Below the pieces are notes generated by a model. That model saw nothing but the letters and a program-made list of their open reading frames with translations. It did not search any database and was not told the DNA's origin. A DNA stretch of 64,000 bases from Felis catus (lineage: Eukaryota). Shown here in pieces: positions 25,404-38,500 of this stretch. The DNA lies in contig NC_058369.1 in the NCBI RefSeq assembly GCF_018350175.1, forward strand, positions 24,058,001-24,122,000, given 5' to 3'. A program made the translations under genes and the position numbers. How positions within the stretch are numbered: the first letter of the stretch is position 1; the number at the start of each line of letters is the position of its first letter.

Positions 25404-26129
25404 ATTAGGTCATACCAGATTGACAATTAGGACAAAGATATCAAATTATATTGATGGAAAGGAGGATTTTATTTCATTGCAATGAACTTTTCTAGAAACA
25501 CCTCCTCCAACTGCCACATGGTATAAATTCATGAAGAGATCAAAAGTGTAATTTATTGCCACAGACTTGAAATCTAGAAAATGTAGTCAAGTTTGGCTGG
25601 CTCAAATATGGCTTGCCGCTTCTTTCTGATGCCTTAGAATATTATGCTTTAAATGTGGAATGTTTGGGAGAAGGACTTCTAATTTTGAAAAGCACAAGTT
25701 TCTTTATTCCCTTAATCACACTTCTAAATATGCGGACCCAATACTTCACGCCAGACCTGTAGGTTCCTTCCTTAGCTAAGGATTCTAGTTGTTACCTTAA
25801 AATCACACTGGATCATATTAGTTCTTTCCTCCCAATTTCCTTTTCTTAAAGCTTGAAGCCTCATCATATCACAATGAAGTATTGTAAAAATATAGGATAA
25901 CAAATGTTTTCCTCTGGGCTTGGTAAATTGGAATGGGGCAAGGATTGTACATTTACACTCAATTTACTTCAGACCATATTACCTATAGAATAACTTGTGA
26001 CTTCTCAGATAAAAGCTAATAAAGGAAACCATGCCAAAGTAAATGAACATTTTTCAATTCCTTTCATAAACCAAATACTGCTATATTCCCCCAGAAATAT
26101 AAAAATGCACAGCATCATAGTCCACCTTC

Positions 26130-26710
26130 ATGCAAAACATGGTACATACTCTCTTCCACACTTTGGAATATACCTCCTACCAGAATTTCTACTCCTGGGA
26201 ATATAAGCAAAAGAAATGTGTGCAGATGTTCACCAAAACATAAGTCACACTGTTCCCAATAGTCCCCAAGTGGAAACAGCATAGGACATTTGGGACATTT
26301 CCATTTGGGGACTATTGTGAAAAGTGTGAATGAAAAGCAGAATGGATAAAAACATTTTATACTCAAGCAAGGGAATATTCAAAGGGAATGAGAATTGGTT
26401 AGAAGTATACAAAACTATATGGGTGAATCTCATAAATAAAATGTTGCACACAAAAAAGGAAAAGAATGCATATTTCATGACTTCATTAACATATAGTTCA
26501 AAACCAGGCAAAATTAATCTAGTGTTAGAAATCAGAACAGTCGCCTTTGAGAGAAATAATGACTAGGAGGGAATGGAAGATTTCTGGAGTACCCAAGATA
26601 TTCTAGTTTTTTATCTGGGTGCTAGTTACATGGGTGTGTTTACTTTGTGAAAACTTACCAAGCAGAAATCATACGATTTGTGCACTTTCAGGCATGTATG
26701 TTATATATCA
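26130..26710 (+). mobile_element. Ancient L1 (L1ME-like) 3' end
   Basis: ctactcctgggaatata ... gttcaaaaccaggcaaaattaatct ... ctgggtgctagttacatgggtgtgtttactttgtgaaa. Confidence 0.82.
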
Positions 26711-26726
26711 ATTTTAAGAAGATTTA

Positions 26727-26948
26727 TTTTTTTAAATTTTTTTTCCAACATTTATTTATTTTTGGGACAGAGAGAGACAGAGCATGAACGGGGGAGGGGC
26801 AGAGAGAGAAGGAGACACAGAATCGGAAACAGGCTCCAGGCTCTGAGCCATCAGCCCAGAGCCTGACGCGGGGCTCGAACTCATGGACCGCGAGATCGTG
26901 ACCTGGCTGAAGTCGAACGCTTAACCGACTGCGCCACCCAGGCGCCCC
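26727..26948 (-). mobile_element. Young felid Can-SINE
   Basis: Diagnostic young sequence; perfect 18-bp TSD caattttaagaagattta at 26709-26726 and 26949-26966. Confidence 0.97.
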
Positions 26949-27059
26949 CAATTTTAAGAAGATTTAAAAAAAAATACATGAATCCAAAATATCAGTTATA
27001 ACACCAAAAGCAAAGTGAAAAGATTATTGCAACCTTCCATCTAAAACATTTTTGAGGCT

Positions 27060-27270
27060 GGGGCACCTGGGTGGCTCAGTTGGTTAAACATCTGACTTTG
27101 GCTCAGGTCATGATCTTGTGGTTCATGAATTCAAGTCCCACATCAGGCTCTGTGCTGACGCTCAGAGCCTGGGGCCTGCTTCAGATTCTGTGTCTCCCTC
27201 TCTCTACGCTCCTTCCCCCACTCACACTCTGTCTCTCTAAAAAATAAATAAACATTAAAAGAAACTTTTT
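27060..27270 (+). mobile_element. Can-SINE
   Basis: ggggcacctgggtggctcag head; degenerate TSD aaaaca.tttt.ag.ct. Confidence 0.94.
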
Positions 27271-28149
27271 AAAAACAGTTTTAAGACTAAAGAATATGAT
27301 GGAGATATATATATATAGAGAGAGACAATTCACATCAGAGGACAGTGAGAAACATTACAGAGAATAGGCAAAAATGGAAAAGTAGGAAGGATGGCCTTTT
27401 AGCAAAATCTGATAACAACATTTGGGTCTAATATTGACAATATAAAACTTAATAGCAATTGTTTTACCTACAAGCAACAATTTTCACTCTTATACCATTT
27501 GAATTATTTAAATTCCATTTTTTTGCAATGGATATTAAAAGAAGATGATATCATTATGTTTTTATTCAGATTATCCATGGATATCCAAAGTCTATTGAGC
27601 CTATCAATGCCCAGCACACTCGATTCAAGAGGTTCCTTGTGTGTCAAGGGATGAAGGTAACTCAGTTCACAGGAGCCCATTTAATTTCTCAATACAGTAG
27701 CCACCTGTACTAAAGGTTGTGCAAATAGAGCAAGCAGCTGGTGAAGTTCAGGCTGCCTCTTTGGTGTTAAATAGAAATGAGCCTGGCATAGAAATGACCC
27801 ATCTTTTCTGTGTGTCTCTCCCCTCCCCTCTTCTTCGCCTCGTCGAGGCCCCATCTCCATCACGAGCCTCTCACCTGGATCATCCCTCCAGCCTCCTAAC
27901 TTGCACCTGTGTTTCTGTAACTGTGACTCTGATTCATCTTTATACCACAGAGGCACCCTCCTATTGTGCTGTTAAAAGTATCCCACATTTCCCTCTGGCC
28001 CCAAATTTGCACTTCCAGCCTCACTTCTCCTATGCTCAACCCTTTTCATCCTGAGCCTTCAATAATTCTCTATACTCACCACCATCCTCTACACTTACCA
28101 CCTAGGTTTATATTTCTATGACATGGGTCATACTGTCCACTAAGAAGCA

Positions 28150-28430
28150 AATGCTCCTACCCTTTCTCTGATTATGGAAATTCTATTTCAAAATTCAGAT
28201 CAAATTGAATCTCCTTTATGATACCCTTGCTTATCCCCCAGTTTGGGAAGCCAAACCAACCAAAAGAGATTGCCTTTTTTCATTAATATTCAGTCTTCTA
28301 AGTGTGCCCAGGTCTTTTTTACTACAATGTGGAGCTTTTGTGAGTGGATTCATTTTTTTTTTTGCTTATCTTTTTATTCCCTGAAGCACCTAGCACAGAG
28401 TTTTCCACATCTTAGGCACTTAGAAAAGAA
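28150..28430 (+). mobile_element. L2 3' fragment
   Basis: ttcaaaattcagatcaaat ... gcacctagcacagag...cacat...aggcact. Confidence 0.5.
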
Positions 28431-28449
28431 GTTAAAAAAAAAAAAAAAG

Positions 28450-28640
28450 CTATGAGCACCTGCTGTGTGCCAGGATCATTGCTGGGTGAGTATGAGTGGT
28501 AGGAGCAATCACTCCCATTTTCTGGGTGGCCAAAACTGAGGCCAAGAGGTTAAGTAACTTTCCAGAGACCATGCAGTAATGACAGATCTGAGGTGGGAGC
28601 TCTGGACTGCCATCTGACTCAAGGTTCAGTTCCTATATAA
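28450..28640 (-). mobile_element. MIR
   Basis: tgagcacctgctgtgtgccagg ... aaactgaggccaagaggttaagtaactt. Confidence 0.8.
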
Positions 28641-29232
28641 ATGTACATGGACCTGGACCAGTCTGAACATGCAGGAAGCACTGGCTCCTAAAATCCAGTT
28701 TTCCAAATAAGAACATAGTCAATGTATTCTCAGGTTATAAAACTTTCAGTTTGCTTTAGACTAGCTTAAGCATCCACCCCATGGGTCTGTGGTCTCTCAG
28801 TTGCTGTCCCCCTGGGAATACATCGTCTTTACACATTTTTTATTTTTGTCCCAGAGCTCACTTTGCCTAGATTCAACTTCCTGCCTTCTCTCAAATTCTC
28901 ATGAAATAAGAGTTGGTATATATACCAGAAAGGTGCTTTGTCCTTTCTACTGTCAATCATTCTATTTCTATCTCAGTGATGATCTGGGTCTCTCCTCTTT
29001 ATGTTGTGCATTCTGGTTATTTCAAATTTAAGCGTTCTGAGAGCCAATAGCTGAGAAAGAAAAGGAGCACAGTGACCAGTCACTCACCACCATCAGAGAT
29101 AATAGTGCCTCTCGGCAGCCTGAGATTCTGGCTGCCTTTATCGAAGTGTCAACGAACACCAGGACTGTCTAGATAACCAACGACTTACTCTTCATCTTGA
29201 AGACAATGGCAGTAATAATACCAACAACCAAC

Positions 29233-29659
29233 TGTATTTGTTTCCTAGGGCTGCCATAACAAATTAGTTTTGTGGTGGCTTACAACAATAGAAATTTATT
29301 CTCTCCCAGTTCAGGAGGCCAGAAGTCTGAAATCAAGACATCAGCAGGATGGGTTCTTGTGGAGACTCTGAGAAAGAATCCATTTCGTTCCTTATCTCCC
29401 ATTTTTTGGTGATGGCTAGAAGTCTTTTGACATTTCTTGTAGATGCATCACTCCAATTTCTGCCTCCATCTTCACATGATCTTCTCCTTTTCTGTCTAAG
29501 AGCACCAGTCATTGGATTAAGGGTCCACCCTGACTCAGAATGGTCTCATCTTGGGATATTTACCTTAACTACACCTGCAAAAACTCTTATCCCAAATAAA
29601 GTCATATTCTGAGGTTTCAAGGAGATATACCATTCAGGGGCCACTATTCAACCCATATG
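29233..29659 (-). mobile_element. MLT1B/C-type solo LTR with intact 5-bp TSD, inserted in a MIR
   Basis: tgtatttgtttcctagggctgccataacaaa ... ccactattcaaccca; TSD CCAAC at 29228-29232 and 29660-29664. Confidence 0.88.
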
Positions 29660-30484
29660 CCAACACTGGTTGAAAGTTTACTGCCTGCCAGGAACTGTTG
29701 TTCTAAATAATGTGTATTAAGTCATTTTGTCTTCACAATAACTAGAGGAGGTAACCACTCCCCTATTTTATACGTGAGAAAGGTAAAGGCTATTGTAGCT
29801 TACTTCCAACCATGACAGCACTAAGTGATCACAGAATACTTTCCTATGGAGCCTGAAGATAGTCTCAAGTGTTCCAAACATTTCTTGGCAGTCAGTTTGA
29901 GGGGGCATACAAGATGAAACCTCTTTGTCATCCTGGTTCCAGGATCTTTCATTTTACAAATAAAAAAAAATGGAGAGCACAGAATGATGAGGGATTTGGT
30001 CTCCTCTGTCTCTTCCTGGAAGGCAAGCCCCTATCCTGTCTTCTAACCTGCCTTCCCTTAGGACTTGTATCTGCCTTCCAACACTGACAGTGCAAAACTG
30101 GATCAGATCAAACAGCATAGAGAGCCAGACGGAAGCCCAGGCTCAAAATCCAGATCCCACCAGACTTTGTTTGAAATTCAAAGACTGCAGGGGCTGCCAG
30201 CACATTCTTGGAAAAGCTCTGGCCTTAGGAAGAAACCTTGCTTCAACCTCTAAGAAAAAATACTAGATAATGATTTTTTTAAGCCAACAATGAGGGCTGG
30301 GGTGGGGATGAAAATGTACGTGGTAACAGGACAGCAGGTGTACTATACTGGAAAAGCCTCCATACGGCTTCCCCAGAGCCCAGCCTTCATCCTCAGAATT
30401 CTCAGTCTTTACATGGACTTTGCTACAGATAATGGCATTTGCTACAACTCTTCACAATCAATTCCTTTTCAGTTGTCTTCATTT

Positions 30485-30486
<2 letters not shown>

Positions 30487-30536
<50 letters not shown>
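30487..30536. repeat. (AC)25 microsatellite
   Basis: Direct reading. Confidence 0.98.
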
Positions 30537-30541
<5 letters not shown>

Positions 30542-31189
30542 CCAGAGGAAGTGCACTGGGAAAAGACACATGTTCCACGGAAATAAACTTTTCCTAGATT
30601 GTGTGCACAACTTACAAACTTGAGGATCACCAGGGTTCTATAGTTTGCTTCACACCATCATTATGCAAGGCATACTAATAATTGGACTCCAGAGCTTTGG
30701 TTTTAGATACTTATTCCCCACCTCTCTTGTCTAGAAATTTATAAATAGCTTGATTATATTATCTTTTTGCTTTTCCTGCCACCTAATATTAAAATTTTCT
30801 AGATAAATCATCTGCTTTCATTGAAGTGGACCACACTAAAACTTCATTAAAAATTAATCCATTGGATTACACAGGTATCATACTGATATTGGTGGTAAGA
30901 ATATGACCTTATAATAAGAGGACATGATGGCAGAAAAAGCCTATGGCTTCAGACTCTTTGCAGAGAATGTAGTACCTCCATTGTCAGTTAGCTTCAGGCT
31001 TAACCTACTCATGTATTACTCATTTATTAAAAACCTACTACTTTATTAAGCAATGTTTAGTCTTCCCTTAAATATAGCTGTGTAGCAAAATGTGCTTTAT
31101 AAGTACGAATTATAATGTACTTTATCAGTAATTTACAAATAAAGAAAAGTCACTTGCTAAAAATTATCCATTTTACTCATGTCAAAGAT

Positions 31190-31350
31190 ATGCGTGTTTC
31201 ATTATAATACCATGGTGTCATTTTACAGGTAAGAAAAATAAGGCACAAACTGATCATCAGAACTGTTAAATGCCACACAGCCATTTAGCAACAGAACAGG
31301 GACAAGAATAGGTCTCCTAGCTCCAGTTCTGTGCCTTACTACCTCTGTAT
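31190..31350 (-). mobile_element. MIR
   Basis: cattttacaggtaagaaaaataaggcaca ... aggtctcctagctccag. Confidence 0.7.
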
Positions 31351-31665
31351 AGCCATCCAACCTCACTGTAAGATAATCTGCACAGAAATGCAAAAGTTCC
31401 TAAAAGAACTCATAGTGGCATTAATGAAGTTACAAGTATTTAGAAGCTTTTGAATTCTCTACTTTTTATGACTGAAATCTTTCATGAAGTCAGAAATTCA
31501 GTCTGCATTTGTTTATATTGAACCCTCAATATTTAATGTTTTACTGAATTAGTAAGAGATGACAGCATAGATATTAATTTCAAAACTACCCAATAAAAAT
31601 CTGTCCTGCATTTTCCTCCAGATTTTTCTTCCCTGTAAGTTACTGACAAATTTATGAACCCCTGA

Positions 31666-31888
31666 CAGGATCTCTTAAACTGGGCACTATTGATATTTGG
31701 GCCTCATAATTCTTTGTTGTGGGAGCTGTCTTGGCCATTCCAGGATGTTTCTTAGCACCCTGGCCTCTTCCCTGTAGATGCCAGTACCGTGCCCCCTTGT
31801 CCCCAAAGTTATGACAACCAAAAATAGTATCTCTAGTTACTGTCAAATGTTCCTGGAGGGCCCAATAGTCCCTGGATGAGAACAACTG
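31666..31888 (-). mobile_element. MER20 (hAT-Charlie MITE)
   Basis: ggcactattgatatttggg...ataattctttgttgtggg ... tgacaaccaaaaat ... tgagaacaactg. Confidence 0.88.
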
Positions 31889-32044
31889 ATCTTTGGTAAC
31901 AGCATACTCCCACGTCATTCATGAAACACAAAGTGTAATGAATCAACTGAAGGTATATTAAAAGATACACATAGAAAGTACTCAGAAAATATAAACTGAT
32001 TTGATATCATCTAATCTGCTTATATCAAACCTTATCACCATCAA

Positions 32045-32372
32045 ATATATTATACTAAGTGAAATAAGCCCATTACAAAAGGACAAAATATTGCCTGATT
32101 CTACTCATAGGAGGAATCTAGAGTAGTTATATTCATAGAGACAGAAAATAGAACTGTGGTTTCCAGGGGCTAGGGTGGAGCAAAGGAAATTGGAGTTATT
32201 ATTTAATGGTTACAGAGATTCAGCTTGGAAAGACAAAGGGCTTCTGAAAGTGGATGGTGGAGATGGCTGTACAACAATGTAACTTTACTTAATGCCATAG
32301 AACTGTACACTTAAAAATGGTTAAAATGGCAAATTTTATGTTATGTATATTCTACTACAATATTTTAAAAAA
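32045..32372 (+). mobile_element. L1MB-like 3' end
   Basis: ctaagtgaaataagcc ... gaactgtacacttaaaaatggttaaaatggcaaattttatgttatgtatatt. Confidence 0.88.
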
Positions 32373-34350
32373 TGGTTAAAATTCTTTTTAAAAAGTCATC
32401 ACAAGGCCTAAATTCCACAAAACAAAAGCAGCTAGATATGCTTTGAAATCCCATATAAAAAAACCTGTTTTTTGTTATTGTTGTTTTGTTTCTTCTTATT
32501 CTGGGGGGGGGTGGGGGGACGGGTGGAGGGTTGTTTGTTTGGGAAACAAACTCCACACCTAAGGACTCTGAAGACTAAGAAGATCTCCCTTTTAATTCCT
32601 GGCCAGAAGCAACAGCAGCAAGCAGGGCTTCAGTGCCTGCTGCAGAGCAGTGCACATGCATGCACCAGGGCACAGGCCCTCGGGGAGGCCCCCTGATTTA
32701 AGAGCCTCCTCTGTGTGAAACACAGCAAGTCCAGATCCCCTAAGGACTCACCCTGTGGGCCACGTCAGCCCAGAGCCCTTCCAATTGCCAGGATGCTCTT
32801 GACAAAAGACGGTCTGGTACCGAGCGGCAAGGCCATTATTTTCATTTAAACCATACATGTCATGTCCTGTTTGTGAGAAACACGTTAAACAACTCAGAAA
32901 CACATTCACAATGGGCTCTGAAGTGGGATTCACATTCCTATGGGCTGGCGTACTGTAAACTGCAGGGGGAAGCTAGTGGGGTGGTGGGATGGTTCATCCA
33001 CCCTTGTTTTAACAGAGGGCCCCTCCCCAAAGCTCAGCTGACAGTGGGGACCTTCTCTTGTTTGATGTGGGTCTCACAGTTTTCTTCAAGTGCCCAAAGT
33101 ATAAACAGCCAGGTTATCCATGGGAGTCCAGAGCCTTGAATTCCTTTAAGAGTTTCTCTTGCCAATTTTTATTTTCTTAAAAAAAAAAAAAAAAAAGAAT
33201 AAGAACTCAGTCTAAAAAATGTTCCAGAGGAAGATGATTGCCCTATTTCCACCTAGATTGTGACAGCAGATGATCCATATATCATGACTGAAGACATTTT
33301 GGAGATGTAAACCATCCCCAATAAACTCAAAATCTGTTCTCCTGACCTACTCCATCACAAGAGCATCTCGGACAGAAAAATGCTCACCTGTAACACATAA
33401 GATGAGAAATTCCTCATTCGCCGATGAAAGAAAGAACTAATAAACATGGAGAAAATAATCCAGTCAAGCGCAATTTCAGCTTACCTTGCTGTTCACCCAG
33501 TCGCCAAACATATAATCTTCATATGCAAACCTCCAAGAAAAGTACATTCTAATATATTAAAATTAGAACCCAAATCTAGGCCTTTAGCCAAGTCAAATAA
33601 TAAACAGTGTGATAACTATGTCTGCTTTCATGTCATGACATTTCTTTAGGGGGAAAGATTTATCATTTAAAATACACATCCCATCCTGTGGAAGTTTTTT
33701 AAAAATTGAACTATTTCCTCTAAATGCTTAAAGGTAGATGAACTATAAAGAAAAATTGAATCAGACAGAACCAAAGTCCTATAGAATCCATGAAGAATAT
33801 TTTAAAAGGAATCATATAGTTAATTAGAACAAAGGTACAGCTAGCAGAACTCCTAAAAGCCAAAATAATAACTTCCAAGATTCATCAGAGATGTGAAGGC
33901 AAATGCTAGAATGCCTTATTTCCCTTGTCCAGGACTGACAGTTTTCTTGTTAAAGTATACAAAAGTTTTGCAGCAATTTCAATTTTACTTTGGTTTTGTG
34001 TAAAAAGATGTCCCTGGCCTCTTAAATGCAACTAGTAAATAATAATGGACTTGGCCACCACCCACCCCCCACTCCCCCACCCCCCACCCCCCACTCCCCC
34101 ACCACCATAAGGGCTGCAACATCCTGTTCTTTCCTCTTTGGCATGTCTGTCAAAAGAGAGATGGACATCACGCCTCTGAGAAAGATGAAGATCGTGCTCT
34201 TCTTGGCACTACTAAAAAAGAACTTTATCTTTGCCTTTATTACAAATGCAAAAGGATGTCTCTCATAGGCAGAACTGATTCTTCTGATATTACCAATCAG
34301 CATCAAAACTGAACTTGGGTTTGTGGTTGGTTAAGACATCCCAGGATTTT

Positions 34351-34372
34351 GTGTGTGTGTGTGTGTGTGTGT
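34351..34372. repeat. (GT)11 microsatellite
   Basis: Direct reading. Confidence 0.95.
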
Positions 34373-34559
34373 CTTTGGATGTCAGCCTGGAAGAAGGCTT
34401 GGTTGAGTCTACCAACACAGCCGTGGTATTCAGTAACAGCTCCTTTGTTTGAGCGGTCCTCTCGGCCATATCCCACCCAAAGAATGGCTTGAAAGAGAGA
34501 AAGGCCAAAGAACTAACTCTGTGGCTCAGGAAGAATTTTGTGGCTCATCTAACACAGAC

Positions 34560-35510
34560 ACCATTCATTCTTTATCAGCTAATTCATTTAATTGGCACTA
34601 TGCTATGTACTGAAGATACAGCAAAGAATAAGTAAGATAAAGTCCAGGTTCTCCCAGAGCTTACATTCTAAAGTAGGCACATTCCAAAGTGGACAATGAA
34701 TAAATAAACAAAATACATGTAGACAGACATATATATGTATATTTATACATTATACACCCCTACCACTATACACATGTGTATGTGGGTGGGTGTGTATAGA
34801 AAGTGGTGAGTGTTACAAAGAAAAATATCTATACCTTAGAGAAATGAAAACATATATCTACATAAAAACTGTACACAAATATTCATAGCAGCATTATTCA
34901 TAACAGCCAGGAGTGGAAATAACCCAAATGTCCATCAACTGATGAATGGATAAACAAAATGTGGTGCATTATGCAGCAGAATATTATTTGGCAATAAAAA
35001 GAAATGAAGTACTGATATATGTTACAATATAGATGAACCTTGAAAACACCACGCTACATGAAAGAAGTCAAACACAAAAGGCCACAGAGTGTATGATTTC
35101 ATTTATATGGCATACCAAGAATAGGCAAATCTATACAGACAGAAAGTAGATTAGTGGTTGCCAGAGGCTGGGGAAAAAAGGTAATAGAGAGTGACTGTTT
35201 AATGGGCATGGGGTTTTGGGGGTGGTAAAAATGTTCTGGAATTAGATAGTGGTGATATTTAAACAACATTGTGAATATACTGAAAATCACTGCATTGGAT
35301 GCTTTACTTGGTTAAAATGTTAAATTTTGTGTTATGTGAATTTTATTTAAAGTTTTAAAATATTATTAAAAAGTAGGAATAATAGAGCAGGCTAAGAGTA
35401 CAGAGAGTGACAGAAAGGTGCTATTTGTGCTATCAGAAAAGTCTTCTCAGTTAACACTGAGGCAGAACTTTAAATGTAATGAGGTTATGTGCCAAAAAGA
35501 TATCTGGGGC
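34560..35510 (-). mobile_element. L2 fragment split by an L1MB insertion
   Basis: cattcattc ... ctgaagatacagcaaagaataag ... gagcttacattcta; resumes at tcagaaaagtcttctc...ctgaggcagaacttt. Confidence 0.65.
34825..35370 (+). mobile_element. L1MB-like 3' end
   Basis: aacccaaatgtccatcaactgatgaatggataaacaaaatgtgg ... gaaagtagattagtggttgccag. Confidence 0.9.
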
Positions 35511-38500
35511 TTTGTTCTCTGCTGTTCCTCTTTCTCTCTCTCTCCCTTCTTTTACAACAAAATTTTGCATTTAACCACTTTTCATTATAATATTGTGTAA
35601 CCGTCACCACCATCTATTTCCAAAACTTTTTCATTATCTCAAGCTATTATTCTTTTAAGGCTACAGTTAGGTCATTAATACAGAAAAACAAAACAAAACA
35701 AAACAAAACAAGAAAAACTGCTTTACAAGGGAAAAGGTAAGCCAGGAGTATACTTACATCACTGTTTTCTCTCCTGTTCAATAAAGGATTAATGATGACA
35801 ACAGCAATAATTGTGTTGAGAGAAAATGATGGGGAAGTCAGGGAAAAAGGGATGTCTGGCGAGATCAGCCTTTTGGTGGGAAAGTCCTTCCCTCATCATG
35901 AAACATTTGATTTTCAAATATTTGTTGACTCATGCAGAGAGCGTGGACTCTCATGTCTGAAATAAACAGACACCGCCCCATATCCATGTGCTTTACAGAA
36001 TGAATGGCCATCCAACAAAATCCAGGTCTAAGAATTGAAGTATGGAACTTCAAAAAATATAACAGAACTATTTTTCCATATCTTGGCATCAAAATGTAAT
36101 AACTCACAGAAAGAGCAGTGCTTTTTTCACTTAAGCTAATTTGTAATATATGTATGTACACACACATGCATGCACACACACATAACAACTAAACCTCTAC
36201 TTTAAAAAGGAAATATGTCACTTTAAAAGACAAAGAAATGTAAAGATGACTAAAATTTTATTAGTTGAACAAATAAGAGTTGGATCCTATTAAACACAGC
36301 ATTCTCAGCTTTATTTTCTCATAATGTCATTCTTATTCTGGTCTATAATCCAGTTTATATATTATGTGTCTTTGGTACATGTAAGAAGGAATTTAAATTT
36401 ACAATGCTGGCAAGAGAAATGGATTGATACACTCTAAAATATAAGCTCTTATTCAACATACTTAAACATACTCACAACACTACTGGTAGTAAGCTGCCAC
36501 GAGGCAAATGTGTGACCTGAACAACACTCTGAGAAAAAATATTGAAAGGAGGCTCCAGTGCTTATCGTAAAAGCACACTGATGCTCACAATGAACCTGAA
36601 GACCAGCATCTCAGCCCTGCTGAAAAGCACCCCAGCTCCAGTAAGTAGGTGTGTCCTATTTGAAAGTACTCAGATTCACAAAGTGAGAAGGAACTTTTTC
36701 ATTCAAAACACAAATCTCCACATTGTGCAACAAGACAAAAGTAGTCTGCAATACAGCCAGGTAGAAAATGCCAAAAATATACTTCCTGGGTGTTCTCCTT
36801 TAAACCAGTAACATCATAGAGCTGCCAGGACAGGCAGAGTGTAGGCCAGCCTCTCTACCACTCTGTGCTTCAGAGCTTAGGGGCTGGATCCTGATTTCCT
36901 GGCATGGACCTATAGTAGCAATCCATCCACTCGCTGAGGTCCCAAACCATCAGCTTTCCCACTGCCCTTCCATTCCCTCTGCCCAGCCCCAGCTCCCCTC
37001 TTGGCTTCAGCACCGCATTTCTGGCTTTGCAAAGAACTAGCCTGCCCCTCTTGCAGTGCCAAGGCCCCCTCAATGCCTTACCATGTCGCACCAGCAGCAA
37101 CTCTATTAGTTTGACATGGCCACACACTTCTTCCAGCAAGCCCTTAAACACTGACCACTCTCCAACAGCCTTGGGCTCCTCACACACCCTCTCTTCCCAC
37201 TGTCCCTATTTCAGATGGAGAGGGGTACACTTTCTGGGCTGCTGGAGGGAGGCTGCAGGACTTCTCAGCTGTGGGCTCACTGTGCTTAGCTCCATGGAGT
37301 CACTTTACCCACGAAATAATTTTTTTTTCCCTCTTCTTCTTCTTCCCTTCCACCCTCACCCCCCTCCCACCCTTGGAGTAACTCGAAACTGTTTTAGAAC
37401 ACCTTCATTCCTGCAGAGCTTCAAACAGCAGTGCGGCAAGGTCTAGAAGTGTAGGGGCTGCTAAAGCCGTCTTCACTGTTGTCCGTGCCACTGGGGCAAG
37501 GGTGTAGAATGACCTTAAGTCTCAGGCTCCCTACCACGCCAGGCTGCTCCTAATGAATAACAAATGGGCCTTCCCCAATGCGTTTGCCCAGGACAAGCTG
37601 CCATTACAAGCCCTTTTGTTTTTTTAGTGTTGTGGTAATGTATCATCTTGCTTGGCTGGATGTCATCTTTGAGAAGGTCACTGCAGGTATGTGCGCCCTT
37701 CCCCTGGACTCCCCTCCCACCCACTCGCACCCCCATCACCACCCCTGCTATAAAGGAAAGTCTGACAAAAGTGGACAAAGCACTCAACACCTTTGTTTGG
37801 ACCTGGGGAACCAGAAAATCCAGGACTCCGCTCACGGTCCTGCTTATCAGCTATAAACGCTCCCCATTTTGTAAGAGAAGGTCTGTAAAAGATGGTAGAC
37901 CTTCAGCACAGTTAGAAGACAAGTCACAGAGACTATAGGGGACAGCACTGTGCTTTGGAAACTGACTTGGAGACAGAGGAGGGGGGATGCCCTTTACCCT
38001 GAAACTAAAAAATCAGATCTCGATTCACAGAGCAGGAAAGGTTCTTTTCCAAGCCTCCTACTATTCATCTTCATTTCACAGATATTTAGAGCATGTATTA
38101 TGTTGCTATGGACAATTAGCCTTTTATCCAATTTTACTTGAGAGTTTAACTCTCCCACCCGAAGGTTTTAATTATACCCTCAGCCCCATACTTAGGCCTC
38201 GGTTCCTGCAGCTGGAAATCTGCCCCAGTGATGTTATAACCTTGTTAATGTAACAAAAGAGGAGTTTACTTAAAACTGGACTGACTATGGACTTAAGCCA
38301 AATTTACTTGAAAGAGGAAAGAGTCTGTCAAAAATCCTATAGTAAACACGGCAAAGCAGCTCTTTCATAGCCTTCCCTTAATTCATAGCGACAAGCAATT
38401 TACATGTAAGTGGATTCATATGCTCTACCAAGAGGCCTCCTCTCCAAGCAGGGGTGGTGTGCGCTCTCCACCCCCCCCTCCCCTTTTTCTTTTCTTTCCT

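Noticed and set aside
29083..29170. Possible minus-strand exon with a GTGAGT donor and a small GGCAGCC/GGCTGCC hairpin
   Set aside because: Weak acceptor, unrecognised peptide, and a 7-bp stem that is expected by chance.
30290..30623. HTHTHT ORFs (also at 55567-56071) and Leu/Phe/Pro/Ser-rich ORFs at 45935-46226
   Set aside because: Microsatellite and low-complexity artefacts.
31220..31236. TTTTACAG|GTAAG recursive-splice-like site on the + strand
   Set aside because: It lies in the MIR core, where one or two substitutions readily create this motif.
36542..36811. Codon-like + strand stretch ending in CCA|GTAAGT
   Set aside because: No plausible upstream acceptor and no recognisable peptide; donor-like 9-mers occur often by chance.
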